From NCBI GenBank assembly GCA_002104905.1, contig MCFE01000401.1:17304-81303 (forward strand): a stretch of 64,000 nt of DNA. Reading direction: 5' to 3'. Every line of letters begins with the position of its first letter. The first letter of the stretch is position 1. The DNA comes from Basidiobolus meristosporus CBS 931.73. Its lineage: Eukaryota > Fungi > Basidiobolomycota. The translations under genes and the position numbers were made by a program. The notes under the pieces are model-generated. The model made no database searches and was not told the origin of the DNA. It saw nothing but the letters and a program-made list of their open reading frames with translations. Positions 1 through 13,199 of this stretch are shown piece by piece.

Positions 1-2040
1 ACTTCGTAGTACCTTCAATTTACACCCAGTTTGTGTTTCTGCCATGTTCTTGAAGTGCTTAAACGTCTTTAAAGCTTCATCCTTTGTTTTGAGGAAGTAC
101 ACCCATGTATATCTTGTCTTGTCATCAATAAACGTCATAAAGTATCTCTTGGCTCCAAAGGACAGTGTTCTCATGGGGCCACATATGTCTGAGTGTACAA
201 TAGCCAATATCTTGTTGGTATTAATGCCTTCTGAGCTCTTGAAACGTTGCCTAGCTTGTTTGCCATATGAACATCCCTTACAAACATTCAATTTGATCGG
301 AATTGAGTATTTTAGGCCCAAAACAAGCTGATTTTTCACCAATTGGCTCATTTTCTGTTCCCCTATGTGTCCTAGCCTCCTATGCCACGTCTCCCAGTTG
401 GTTTCATCAGTTTCAGCAATGTTGACATACTCAGGTACAATGATCTTGCATTGTAACTTGTATATATTGTGATCTCTGATTCCCGAAGCTAATTTTTGTC
501 CATTTTCACTCAATATTGAGCAGCTCAGCTTAGTAAAAACAAATTTCAGTCCCTGAGTAGTTGCTTTACTGACTGAGAGTAGGTTCTTAGCTATTCCAGG
601 TACATAGAGTACGTCAGTCAGTTTTGCTGTTGTTGCCCCTGAGTTATCACTCATATTTAGTTGTATAGACCCACTAGCGGTAGCTTCCAATGCAGAGTTA
701 TCTCCCAGATAAACCTCTCTTACGGGAATAGTCTTTAAGTTGCTGAACCAATCCTTTATACCACAAATATGCTGTGATGCTCCAGAGTCAATATACCATT
801 CATTACTTCGGTTACTTGCACTCTCTTGTATAGTGACAAATAACTGTTCATCAGTAGTTATATGGTTTGCCTGCTCTAGTTTCTGTTTTTCGTCTGCTTG
901 TTTCTTCTTGCATTCTCTTGCCCAGTGTCCTGGTTTCTTACAGTAGTTACAGCAGCCAGGTTTTCTTCGGTTTTGTTGCTTTCCCTTCTTTTCTGCATGC
1001 CACTCTGAACTGAATAAAGCATTATCTTCAGTTTTCTCTGCTTGATCATTACGTCTGAGTTCTTCATGGAGAAGTCTTCCTTTGACATAGTCTAAAGTCA
1101 AGTTGTCTTCTCTGCTTTCAAAAGAAAGTATGAGTGGCTCATACTCGTCTGGTAGGCTGCAAAGCAGACAGAGTATCTTTTCTTCATCATCTACACCAGC
1201 ATTAATACTGTAAAGTTCTTCTGCAAGTGTCTCCATTCTGGTAATGAGTTGTAGCATGTCATCATCTGGCTTTTTTCTCATGTTGAAGAACTTTCGTTTC
1301 AAATAAAGCTTGCTTGATACTGACTTTGCTCTAAAGATCTTCTCTAAGGATTCCCATGCTGCTTTGGCAGTATTTGAGGCATGGATTTGTCCAATGAAGG
1401 AGTCTTGCACATTGATGCATATTGCATTGAAGGCCTTTCTCTCCTTCTCTTGAAACTTCTCCACATCTTCTGCTGTTCCTTTGGGCTCAACTTCCTTTCC
1501 TGTTACTATGTTCCAAAGCTTTCTTTCCTCAAGGTGGATCTGCATCTTGATTCTCCAAAGTCTGTAGTTCTTCCCATCAAACCTCTCCTTTACAGGGAAG
1601 ATGTTGGTATTGCTTTGTTTGCTGGTAGAAGTCATCTTTAGAATAGATTAAGGCAATCGGGGCTCATAACCTGTTGCAATTTAAGAAGTGATTTGGATAT
1701 AAGGAACTTATCAAGAAATAGTGATAATAGTTGAACTGTTGTTTATTCATCAAGAAGCTCAGTATTTATACCTTTGTAGAAGTAATACAGCTGCAACACT
1801 AAGTAGGGAGGGTTTCTCAATATTCAGGAGCATTCTGTAACAGTTTCAGGGTTAGTACATAATGTTTGCTAATAGTGCTAATTTGATCCTGACTATAGGG
1901 GAATAATCATAAGATCATATATCTGGAGAAAGTGGCGAAGTCAAGGCAGTAAATGAGTCCTACAGTAACTAGGACTAGCCTAGAATTGTTAAGTAAATTT
2001 TTAGCTGCTGAATGATACCAAATAGTCCAATATTTCAACA
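1..2040 (-). mobile_element. Ty1/copia retrotransposon, family Copia-1; 5' half (LTR, gag, protease, part of integrase), cut by the window edge, degenerate
   Basis: Reverse complement of 3904-5950. 5' LTR 1672-2040 (TGTTG...CAACA), primer site at 1660-1671, protease WYIDSG and integrase HSDICGP motifs on the minus strand. Confidence 0.93.
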
Positions 2041-2256
2041 TCTACCTCACTGGAGTGTGTCTCAACTGGGTGCACTTCTAACTTTTAAGAAAACCGCAGT
2101 GTTGTTTAGGTAGATCATCTTGACGTATAGGGATTCAGACTGCATTGGGCTTAAGGCATTAGTTGGTAAAAATTGCAGCTTTTTTTTGCACATTCCTGTC
2201 TCTTACTTGGGTTAACATCTTTCCCATCACTTTGTCTTTTATCCAATGTAGTTACA

Positions 2257-2600
2257 GGTAGAGATTGTAGAGCATCCCATCATGGTGGCTGACCTGATCT
2301 TGTTGTGGTACCACTGCAAAGCTGCATCTACCAGGTAAGAGGCTGCATAATGTAACTTGCTTTCTGGAGCAATTCCTTTGGCCTTAAGAGCTTCTTCAAT
2401 CTGAAAGAGCCAAGTTCCCAGGTATTCATTGACTCTGCCATGGTACTGGTTGACCTTCACACTAAAGTTGCTCTTGACAGGGTTTTGCTGGCTTTGGGCC
2501 ATGGTACTCATTCCTTGATGCTGCAGGCTAAGGATCTGGAGTAACTGTTGCTGTTGGGCCAGGATTTGCGGCCTGAGGAGTCCAGAATAATACATTCAGT
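2257..2600 (-). pseudogene. Ty3/gypsy gag fragment, family Gypsy-C
   Basis: ORF 2239-2595 (YLGTWLFQIEEALKAKG...YAASYLVDAALQWY) is homologous to the gag at 23130-23334 plus 24403-24530; no LTR attached. Confidence 0.85.
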
Positions 2601-2639
2601 GAGTAGTCTGTGAACATGGCCTTCTTTGGACACAGTGCT

Positions 2640-3480
2640 GTGTTTTGCTTTGAATATCAAAGCATGCTATTGTTCAACTGCTCTTCTGCTGCTGTCAGCA
2701 GTGGGGTATGGTAGAAAACCATACAACCATGTCTTATTTTTTGGTAGGATATATATAGATGTGAATTAGATCAACAAGGAAATAATGCTCTATATATATG
2801 CTTATGTAGTGCCACAACTTTATTTGAATGCGTGCGAAGGTAGGTCCTCATTAAGTTTTACATTCATACAGGTGCAATTTCTCAGAACAAGACTGTCTCA
2901 GAATCATATTGGTAAATACAAAATGGTAATATAATAGCATTATGTTGCTGAATATCAATCTGCTTGCCCCATGGCAAAGACTACTTTGCTTTAACATTGT
3001 AAGATAAGAGAAAAAGACCATGCGGCAGTTATCACAAGCATCTCAGTCATGAAGCATGCCCACAGCATAGAATGTACAAAATGGAGCATGTCTAGTATTT
3101 TGCTACACAAGTTATATATGTGTATTCTTCAGGTACTGGTATTACAATAATATATTGCTAGTCCCTTTATGCTTCCATAATGGCACCTGGCTGCACTTGT
3201 TCCCTTAAGAAGCCTGAGTTGGGTTAGTTTTGATGCCTTTTGATTCACCTCAGCCTTGCAAATATGGCCTGAAATGTTTGAGCTCTGAAGAACAAGGCTT
3301 GCTGATGGAACGTGAGCCTATCTCCTTTCACAGCAGTACCCTACAGGAGCTTTTCAAAGTCCAATTATACAAAGAGACAACAACTATGAAAAGTAAGCCT
3401 AGGATAATTTTTGGAGCCAAGTGAGGCCAATAATCCATATGCTGATGAATGATGTGATGTTGTGGCTGAAGTAGTGGCAT
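2640..3480 (+). mobile_element. CACTA-like family D fragment (D0): transposase upstream region and N-terminus; resumes at 9783-9930
   Basis: Colinear nucleotide similarity to ~35240-35990; 9783-9930 matches ~36055-36200, so element E0 interrupts it. Confidence 0.75.
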
Positions 3481-3903
3481 GATTGAATATGGTTGCTGGT
3501 AGCATTACTTATGTAGCTTTGCATAGTGCATTTCTTGCTTTATTTGCTTCTCTTTATCTCCAGACATATTTCTCTCCAAGAATGTTTACTTATATGAATA
3601 TACCGGGTATTTTAATAATAATAAGTATCTTAATTGTATTGCCCATTCTGCTATTCTCTCTTATGTATAACTTTCCTCTGTATTTACCTACTAGTATGCT
3701 AAATCTGTTTAGATATTAAAGTGCAAGCTCTACTCACACTCTGAAATGATTGAATACCTCATTGTAGAGCTGCTGATTGCTGCTAAGCACACCATTTCTT
3801 AGCGTTTAAAAAGCTGTAATACAACCTTATCTCTGACAATCCTCAGGTATAAAAGCTGGCTCAGCCATACATTTTCCCCTCCTCTGAATTCTGGATCATT
3901 TTC

Positions 3904-6900
3904 TGTTGAATATAGGATTATTTGGTATCATTCTGCAGCTAAAATTTACTTAACAATTCTGGACTAGTCTTGGTCACTGTAGGACTAACTACAGCTCTAA
4001 CTCTGCCACTTTCTTCAGATCTATGATCTTATGATTATTCCCCTATAGTCAGGATCAAATTAGTACTAATACTAACTATTATGTACAAACCCTGAAACTG
4101 TTACAGAATGCTCCTGAATATTGAGAAACCCTCCTTACTTAGTGTTACAGCTGTATTACTTCTACAAAGGTTTAAATATTGAGCTTCTTTATTAATAAAC
4201 AACAGCTCAACTATTATCACTATTTCTTGATAAGTTCCTTATATCCAAATCACATCTTAAATTGCAACAGGTTATGAGCCCCAATTGCCTTAATCTATTC
4301 TAAAAGATGACTGCTAGCAGCAAACAGAGCAATACCAACATCTTCCCTGTAAAGGGGAGGTTTGATGGGAAGAACTGCAGACTTTGGAGAATCAAGTTGC
4401 AGATCCACCTTGAGGAAAGGAAGCTTTAGAGCATAGTAACAGGAAAGGAATTTGAGCCCAAAGGAACAGCAGAGGAAGTGGAGAAGTTTCAAGAGAATGA
4501 GAGAAAGGCCTTCAATGCCATATGCATCAATGTGCAAGACTCCTTCATTGGACAAATCCATGCCTCAAATACTGCCAAAGCAGCACGGGAATCCTTAGAG
4601 AAGATCTTTAGAGCAAAGTTAGTATCAAGCAAGCTTTATTTGAAACAAAAGTTCTTCAACATGAGAAAAAAGCCAGATGATGACATGCTACAACTCATTA
4701 CCAGAATGGAGACACTTGCAGAAGAACTTTACAGTTTTAATGCTGGTGTAGATGATGAAGAAAAGATACTGTGTCTGCTTTGCAGCCTATCAGACAAGTA
4801 TGAGCCACTCATACTTTCTTTTGAAAGCAGAGAAGACAACTTGACTTTAGACTATGTCAAAGGAAGACTTCTCCATGAGAACTCAGACATAATGTTCAAG
4901 CAGAGAAAGTTGAGGATAATGCTTTATTCAGTTCAGAAAGGCACTCAGAAACAAAGGTAAAGCAACAAAACCAAAGAAAACCTGGCTGCTGTAACTACTG
5001 TAAAAAGCCAGGACACTGGGCAAGAGAATGCAACAAGAAATAAGCAGGCAAAAAACAGAAACTAGAGCAGGCAAACCATATACTTACTGATGAACAGTTA
5101 TTTGTCACTATACATGAGAGTGCAAGTAACCAAATTAATGAATGGTATATTGACTCTGGAGCATCACAGCATATTTGTGGTATGAAATATTGGTTCAGCA
5201 ACCTAAAGACTATTCCTGTAAGAAAGGTTTATCTAGGAGATAACTCTGCAATGGAAGTTACCGCTAGTGGGTTTATACAACTAAATATGAGTGATAACTC
5301 AGGGGCAACAACAGCAAAACTGACTGACGTACTATATGTACTTGGAGTAGCTAAGAACCTACTCTCAGGCAGTAAAGCAACTACTCAGGGACTGAAATTT
5401 GTTTTTACTGAGCTGAGCTGCTCAATATTGAGTAAAAATGGACAAAAATTAGCTTTGGTAATCAGAGATCACAATATTTACAAGTTACAATGCAAGATCA
5501 TTGTACCTGATCATGTCAACATTGCTGAAACTGATGAAACCAACTGGGAGATGTGGCATAGGAGGCTAGGATTAATAGGGGAACAGAAAATGAGCCAGTT
5601 GGTGAAAAATCAACTAGTTTTCGGCCTAAATTACACCATTCTGATCAAATTGAATGTCTGTAAGGGATGTTCATATGGCAAACAAGCTAGGCAACAATTC
5701 AAGAGCTCAGGAGGCTTCAATACCACAAAAATACTGACTATTGTACACTCAGACATATGTGGCCCCATGACAACACTGTCCTTTGGAGCCAAGAGATACT
5801 TATGACGTTTATTGATGACAAGACAAGATATACATGGGTGTACTTCCTCAAAATAAAGGATGAAGCTTTAGAGATATTTAAGCACTTCAAGAACATGACA
5901 GAAACGCATATTGGGTGCAAATTGAAGGTGCTATGAAGTGACATTGGAGGGGAACATTGCTCAAAAGATTTTGCAAAATACTGCTCATCTACTAGTATAC
6001 TTCAACAGACCACTGTTCCCTATATTCCACAGCAAAATAGAGTAGCAGAACGTGCAAATAGAGTAATAGTAGAGATGGGAGGATCTATGCTACATGATAA
6101 GGGAATGGACTACAGGTTTTTGGCTGAATCTGTTCCTACTGCTGTATACATCAATAACAGATGCCCAATTACAGCACAACAAGATGCTACACCCTTTGAA
6201 GCATATACAGGCAAAAAACCAGATCTCCAGCACCTCAGATCTTTGGCAGTGATGTTTTTTATCACATCCCTGACAAAATACGCTTAAAGCTGGAACCAAA
6301 GAGTATGCAAGGGACCTTTCTTGGGTATTGTGAAGATACTAAAGGGTATAGAGTGTATGATGGCAAATTCAGAAGCTGATCAAGAGCAGGGACATTGTAT
6401 TTGAGGCAAATTCAGATCAGAAAGCCACAGAAATCATTGGCCAGCTGCCTGATGATGCAATCAACACAAATGAAGAAGATACGTACCAAATCCAGCCAGA
6501 GATGGAAGATACTTCTACCACTTGCAGATCAGAACAGATTATCCCAGTTAGGAGATCTACCAGAATAAGAAATGCCCCTGGATCTTGGTAGCAGACATCC
6601 AATGATCATGAAGAAGCTTATCTTGCCCTATGTGCTAAACCTCGGAATCTGGAACAGGCAATGCAAAGTCCAGATGCTACTAAGTGGCAACAAGCCATGC
6701 AGGAGGAGTACCAATCACTGATCATGGCTAAAATGTGGGAACTGGTAGATTTACCAAATGGGAGAAAGCCAATAGGATGTAGATGGGTCTACAAGATCAG
6801 GATATCCTCAAATGGTGCCGTTGATAAGTACACGGCTAGATTGGTGGCTAAAGGCTATTCCCAGATCCAGGGACTAGACTTTAAGGAAACACTTGCTCCA

Positions 6901-8171
6901 GCCGCCAAGTTTAACTCCATTAGGACAGTTCTAGCCTTGGCAGCTGTACAAAGTCTAGACCTACTCCAAATGGATGTCAAAACAGCCTTTCTAAAAGGGG
7001 ATTTGCAAGAAACTCTATAGTGTAAACAGCTCAAAAACGGTGTAATCATCCTAGCTCTTTATGTGGACAACCTAATTATGGCTACAAGTGATCAAGAGGG
7101 CTCAAATATGGACCAAAACTTTCCCTATCAATCAATGGTTGGTAGCCTAATGTACTTGATGGTGTCTACACATCCAGATATTGCAGTGGCAGTTGGAATA
7201 GTCAGTCAATTCATGCAGAATTATGAATCAGATCAAATTGCTGCAGTTAAGCGGATTTCCAGATATCTACAAGGTACCATATATATGGTACTGGAATACT
7301 CTGAAGCAGCTAATAGGCAAAAAATTGATGGTTATAGTAATTCAGATTGGGGTAGGGATCTGATTGACAGCAGCACTACCACAGGCTATGTATTTCTTTA
7401 TGCTGGTGCAGCTATCACTTGGAATTGCAAGAAACAACCAACTGTGGCCCAATCTACTACTGAAACTGCATATATGGCTGCATGTCAAGCAACTAAGGAG
7501 GCTATATGGCTACAAAAATTATTCAAAGACTTATGTTTTAGCATGGGTGAACCAACTTGTATATGCAAGGATAATCAAAGTTGTATGTCATTGGCTAGAA
7601 GTCCTATTAATCATGCCAGAACTTGGCACATTGATATACAGCATCACTTTGTGAGGGAAGCTGTAGAAAATAACTTAGTAGAGTTAGTGTACTGCCCAAA
7701 TAACAAAATGGTTGCAAATATATTGACAAAACCACTAGCTAGGTCACAATTTGAGAATCTCAGAGAGGAATTAGGATTAAGAAATTATTTAGTTGAGGGG
7801 GAGTGTTGAAATATTGGACTATTTGGTATCATTCTGCAGCCAAAAGATTACTTAACAATTCTGGACTAGTCTTGGTCACTGTGGGACTAATTTACAGTTC
7901 TAACTTAGCCACTTTCTTCAGATCTATGATCTTATGATTATTCCCCCATAGTCCGGATCAAATTAGTATAATACTAGCTATTATGTACTATTCCTGAAAC
8001 CGTTACAGAATGCTCCTGAATATTGAGAAACTTGCCTTACTTAGTGTTACAGCTATATTACTTCTACAAAGGTATAAATACTGAGCTTCTGTATTAATAA
8101 ACAACAGCTCAACTATTATCACTATTCCTTGATAAGTTCCTTTTATCCAAATCACTTCTTAAATTGCAACA
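3904..8171 (+). mobile_element. Ty1/copia retrotransposon, family Copia-1, two LTRs, degenerate with RT deletions
   Basis: LTRs 3904-4269 and 7804-8171 (about 8 percent divergent by eye), TSD TTTTC (3899-3903, 8172-8176), PBS 4270-4281, PPT AGTTGAGGGGGAG 7791-7803; copia order gag, CNYCKKPGHWAREC knuckle, WYIDSG, WHRRLG, HSDICGP, GCRWVYK, RNase H; many stops and frameshifts. Confidence 0.97.
4270..4281 (+). other. Primer-binding site complementary to the anticodon arm of initiator tRNA-Met (half-tRNA priming)
   Basis: GGTTATGAGCCC abuts the LTR end CAACA; the same 12-mer occurs at 1660-1671 (-), 44935-44946 (-), 45781-45792 (+), 56314-56325 (-); complement of GGGCUCAUAACC in tRNA-iMet, as in Ty5. 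Confidence 0.92.
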
Positions 8172-9939
8172 TTTTCTACCCAGAGTGCTTTGTCATGCCT
8201 ACTTCCTACAGATGGCCTACTTGACAGGATGATGTTAAGCTCAAAGTCAGATAGTGCCTGAAACTTGACACTATGTGCCTTTTATATGCCCAAATGAAAG
8301 TGCCTCTGCCCTCCAGAAGGTCTATTAATATCTGACTGGGAAGGTATCCAGAATACTCCTGTTGTGGAACCTGTCACAGAACACTCTGGGATATGAAAGC
8401 CTGTTAGAGCTTCTGAATGAGTTTCAGACTCAAGTAATTAATCTCCTACATGATATAATGGTAGAATTATGTGGATTCCAAGAGCAACATGCACAGTACT
8501 CTTCAAGGCAACAGTTCCAGAGTATCAGACTGAGGGTAGGTGAAAACCTTGAGGAATTAGAAGGTGGGCTTCAAGAAGAAAAATACAAGCTATGGCCAAC
8601 TGCACCTATTGAACCAGCACACCTTGTGGGATTCAGTCCAGTCCATGCTGACACCCTTTACTTGAGTGCCACACACCAGGTTGATGCACATTGGGTGAGT
8701 GTATGTGGTTCAAAGCCAAGTTTCCTGAATTTGTCAAACTGCTCAATTGGGCACAAGTCCTTTAGAGCAGGCCAATTTGCATCAATAGGTTGCATCACAT
8801 CAGATTCAGCCAAAGGCCATGGCAATATATCAAGTTGCGCTTTTGTGTCCTGTTACACCTGATCATCAGCAAGTTACTTCTGGTCTGCCTGCACCACAGG
8901 AGCCATTGGTAAGTAAACAAACACATCAGCATTTGGCATTTCAGGACAGTTCTGCTGTGGTAGTGTAGAAGGAGGTATGTAGTAGTGCAACAACAATCCA
9001 TATAAAATGCTTCCATGGTATTCCTTGTGATAAAAAAATAGAAGACAATAATGCAGTTGTGTTAAGTTGCTATTATTGATCATGATCCAAATAGCACAAA
9101 CTTTTGCAATCCAAACAAAGCTTTTGTAAAGCAGTGACCATTGAAATTTAGGTGTGAATTATATGGCAGTTGTCTCACCTGTGAGACAGAACCCCTAAAG
9201 ATAAGCACCCTGCATAACTGTACAGCATCTGTAGCACCAGTACAGCAATTTGATCTGTCTAGCACCTACCTGGTTGGTTGCATGCTAGCAATGACTCCAG
9301 CTCCAATCACTAAAAGCATGGATTTACTTGCTTAATTGGTAAGATGTAGTATTTGTAGATGGATCAGGTAGCTTGTGTGTTGGACATTGAGCCAATTTGG
9401 GGCTCACAGCTATGGGATACATTTAGGTAAATCAATCACTGACATACCAGCCATTTGTAGCTAGGGTAATCAAAATGGTAAGTATTAGTGTAGATTGTAG
9501 TGTGATAAGCATTTAAATCTATTTACCTCAAAGAAACATTTCTGGACACCAGATTTAACCTGCCATAATAGTGGTGTCCAATTGCACATGCAATGCAAGC
9601 ATATTGAGTAGGTGGGCCAGCATCATTGTGTCAGATTGTGCCGTAGTGTACAAGATTGTCCCACATAGTGAAAAATTGCCTAATGGCAATCCTTTCTATT
9701 GGTGGCTACAGCATTGCCCCTGATTGTTCTTAAAAATCCAGGATTGTGCCACAGGCCTGGGTACAGTACATTGGAACAAGTCTACTATGTATATGGTACA
9801 ACTTGACAACTGTCATACACTGGCAATAAATGGCTCAGAGACTGTACTGATACCAGCATGTAATAACAGTTGCATGGAATGCACATATGTATATGACACC
9901 AATGGGCAGTGTCTAACATGTCAGTAATCCATTACCATT

Positions 9940-10053
9940 GAACTAATATTACTGATTTGATATACAATACTGATCTAGTTATGGGCTAAACATCAACTAA
10001 TTGATCTGACCAAAAACTGATCTAACTTATATATCAAGCAGTAAATTATCACA
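9940..10053 (-). repeat. Fragment of a Gypsy-C LTR
   Basis: Similar to ~24880-24988, ending GCAGTAAATTATCACA versus GCAGTGGATCATAACA. Confidence 0.6.
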
Positions 10054-13000
10054 GTACTTCCAGCCCTGCTTGTGACATGCTCTTGAAGAAGTTTTAGATT
10101 TTTATCACTGTCAAGTCTTTCACTGCTATTATGAATGATAGCTTCATTTACTGAACCACATTTTCTCTTTGATAAATGTTGCACCTATGTGACTGTTTCT
10201 GCAAGCCTGTTGCTTATAGGCACTCTGCTGGCCACTTAATATTTCTTTGCTGCATGTTATAAGCATTCAGACCTTCTAGGTTTAACTAGTGAAATAACCT
10301 GTCTCCATGACATTGTCAGGAACCCTGTGGCTTTATACCTCTGTTAGTTCAATGGTATCCATACATTCTGTTCTTCAGCCAGCCCTGCAAGGTCTAGCAC
10401 CTGATCTACTGGACTTTACAATAAATCCTTGCAATATTCATGTGCTTTTTCTTCAGCACTGCTCTTGCCAAAGCACTGCAGCCTCTTGGTGTGTCTATTG
10501 ATGTTACAAGGTTCCTCTGTAGTTATAGTGGTTGTGTACTGAGTTTATGGCAGTGTTGCCTTCTCTGACAGTGGGATCTCTACTCTGAATACAATGGAGG
10601 ATGTGGAGGCAGTGTTGATGAGTTGCTTTTCTTGGTAAATCCTTCTTCCTTACTAGAGTATAGCACAACTGGCTGTACTACTAAATTGTGAGAAAACAGC
10701 TTTTGTCTTGTTGGCAATTCTTCTTGGCTATCATGAAAATGAGCCTGTTGTAGGCTGATGGCATGAATTGGTGAGAACTGCAGCCTTTTTATTATGCTTC
10801 CCTGCCTGATTGCACCTAGCCATACCTGTCATTTTGTGCAAACTGAGTCAGGTAAGCCTGTACAAGCCTGGCCAAGTTTCAATATGATATGAGACTGCAC
10901 CAATAGAAAATATTTGAAGGATAGTTTAAGGAGCCAAGTGAGCCCTACTGGTGATTGAAGTGATGTCATGGATAGAGGATTGTCATGTTTCTACAAATAT
11001 CAATAAAGGGGGCTTTGAGATACTACAATTTCTTGGCAAAAATTTTTAATGTTGCAGTTTATCATGCACATGGTACAAATGGACAACTGTCATGCAGCTG
11101 TTAATGTATGACACAAAGACTGTCCCAATACCATCATGTACAAGCAGTTGCATGGCTATCACATCAGAAAATGGCAGTGTTGCATGGTGTCCAGCTATTC
11201 AGGAATCCACCACCATAGGGGGAAAATATTGCTCACACTCTGGATATATTCCAGTAGTACCCCATCTAAAAAAGTTCAGGTAGTCCAACAATTATTGTGA
11301 AGCTATAAAGTACTGCACTCAGTATCAATCAAGCACAAACATATCAGATATATTTGATGGCAAACATTACAAGCTGTAAAGAAGCAAGGGCTACTTTGAA
11401 GGTATGTATAACCATGCCTATGCATTGGTACTTGATGGACTCTCACTATACCAGTATTCTGCCAGCAAATCATCATATTGTAAATTACCATCCAACCTAG
11501 ATATTTACCTGTACCCATTCCTGGAAGAATATCTTCATGCTTTCCAGCAGGAAACTATTAAATGGCCACCATATCAAAGTGCATATCATTTTCTGCATTT
11601 GAGATACCCTAGCCATCAGCAAGATGGCCAGCTTTTCTGTATACAATGGATGGTACTACTGTCAAATGTTTGAAATTCTGAGGATTTGCCACATAACTCA
11701 CACATATTATTATTGTCCAAATACTAGCACTAAGAGCAACATCTTCCCATAAAGGGGACATACAGAAGCTAGCACACAATTGCAGCAAAATTGGCAGCCC
11801 ACAAGTCATTGGCAGGAGCATGGAATATATTGGAAATTGGAGCTACTTGACATAGAGGGTATCTGTTGGAGCAAAAGCTTTTCACTGTGAGCAATGCCTT
11901 TGCTTTCAGCAATATCCTCATACTAGTGACCAAGTTGTACATGGGGCATTTACGCTGAATGAGCCCTTCAAGACACCAGTGTAGTGGGGTCACAGTGACA
12001 CCCACAGGCAGATGTGTTTCATTCTTATGCGTTCACTTCCCTAAAAAGGATTACCCCGCCTATATTATTATCATCCCAAATTTGCAATATTTCCTATTTT
12101 TGTCTATGTGATTATTACTATGCAACCTGACAAACTATTTGTCACTATTAACCCATTGCACAAGCTATTCTTATTCCTTGCCAAGATGCCAAGATAAGAT
12201 AGTTACCTTATAAGGCAAGTACCCCAACAGTGCCCATGTCACGTGACCATCTTGGTTTCATAACCCCCATCTCACTACCATAAGAGGCAACCACATGACA
12301 CAGAGGTTTCATATTACCACTACCTGATTGGCTAGGTGCTACTATGTCTCATGGAACAATCTGCCAAGAATTTGCGCTATTTTTAGTACACAAAGACATG
12401 ATTGGTTGTCTACTACCTTCTGGAAACTTCTGGAAAGTATTTTCTAGCAAGAAATTGAGCAGCAAAAAAGTATATAAGGGAGGCTATCCCTTAAAATAAA
12501 TCATCCCTCTTCCAATATTCCGACTTATTGATTAGTGAGATCACCGCTACCTATTACCACTATTTTCTGACTCAGACCTGACGACACTCCCAGGAAACCG
12601 CGCTGACAGCCAACTGACCTTGGAGGCACTACTTGTGAGGAATACTCAGAGTAGGTATATTTTATTATATTTGTTTGTTTTCCCAAGTTTGTTCTTGTAC
12701 AGGCAAAGATACTTTTCAGTCTTTGTAACTATTGGTCAAAGCTGCATTCTTATCAAGTCCCTGTTGGTGGAGTTTACAGTTGTTTTGACTTTGGAAGCTT
12801 TAGTACATTGTCATCTCAAAGGACGTCGAAAGCCATTATAAGCTTTTGTTAAGACGCCAACTAAGTTGGGGATTGTAGTTCAATAGTTTTCCCTTGACAA
12901 GCTTGAGGCTTTATCCCCCATCACATTAGATTAGACAAAAGACCCAGTATTCCTAGCAAGCTTTTTCCAGAGGTTATCGCACCCAGTGAACACCCCACAC

Positions 13001-13063
13001 ACATTCACACTTGAGAAGTGTTGGCCGTATTTTGCCCTCTGGACTTATACACCACCACATATT

Positions 13064-13080
13064 TGGCACCCAACGTGGGG
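13064..13080 (+). other. Primer-binding site matching the tRNA-Lys(CUU) 3' end
   Basis: TGGCACCCAACGTGGGG 4 nt after the LTR; equals the Lys1,2 PBS TGGCGCCCAACGTGGGG with one CpG-to-CpA change. Confidence 0.85.
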
Positions 13081-13199
13081 GGGTCATACAAGCTCCCTAG
13101 GACCCAACAAGATTTACCTGAAGATTTGAGCCGTTACCCATTTATTGTAACAAGACTACCGATATTATCAAGACTATAACACCGACCTACCTACCCAAA

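Larger units (their letters stand above)
3485..9782 (-). mobile_element. DDE_Tnp_4 (PIF/Harbinger/IS5-like) family E, copy E0, split by a Copia-1 element and internally deleted
   Basis: Nuclease relic on the minus strand at ~3560-3903 and 8172-8370 (GSRHDKALWVE, DTFPV); second-gene relic on the plus strand at ~8380-8950; 9061-9782 is the reverse complement of 31762-32495; terminus GGAACAAGTC at 9773-9782 followed by TA. Confidence 0.8.

Noticed and set aside
3483-3719. Hydrophobic membrane-protein-like ORF
   Set aside because: Antisense to the AT-rich 3' end of the E0 nuclease.
11769-12005. Recurrent N-terminus MGVTVTPLHW (also 23133-23360, similar at 28918)
   Set aside because: Junction artefact: antisense LTR start fused to host sequence.
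12620-12841. ORF MEALLVRNTQ..., repeated at 18733 and antisense versions at 23829 and 28235
   Set aside because: Lies within Gypsy-B LTRs; repetition is explained by the LTR and stops differ between copies.
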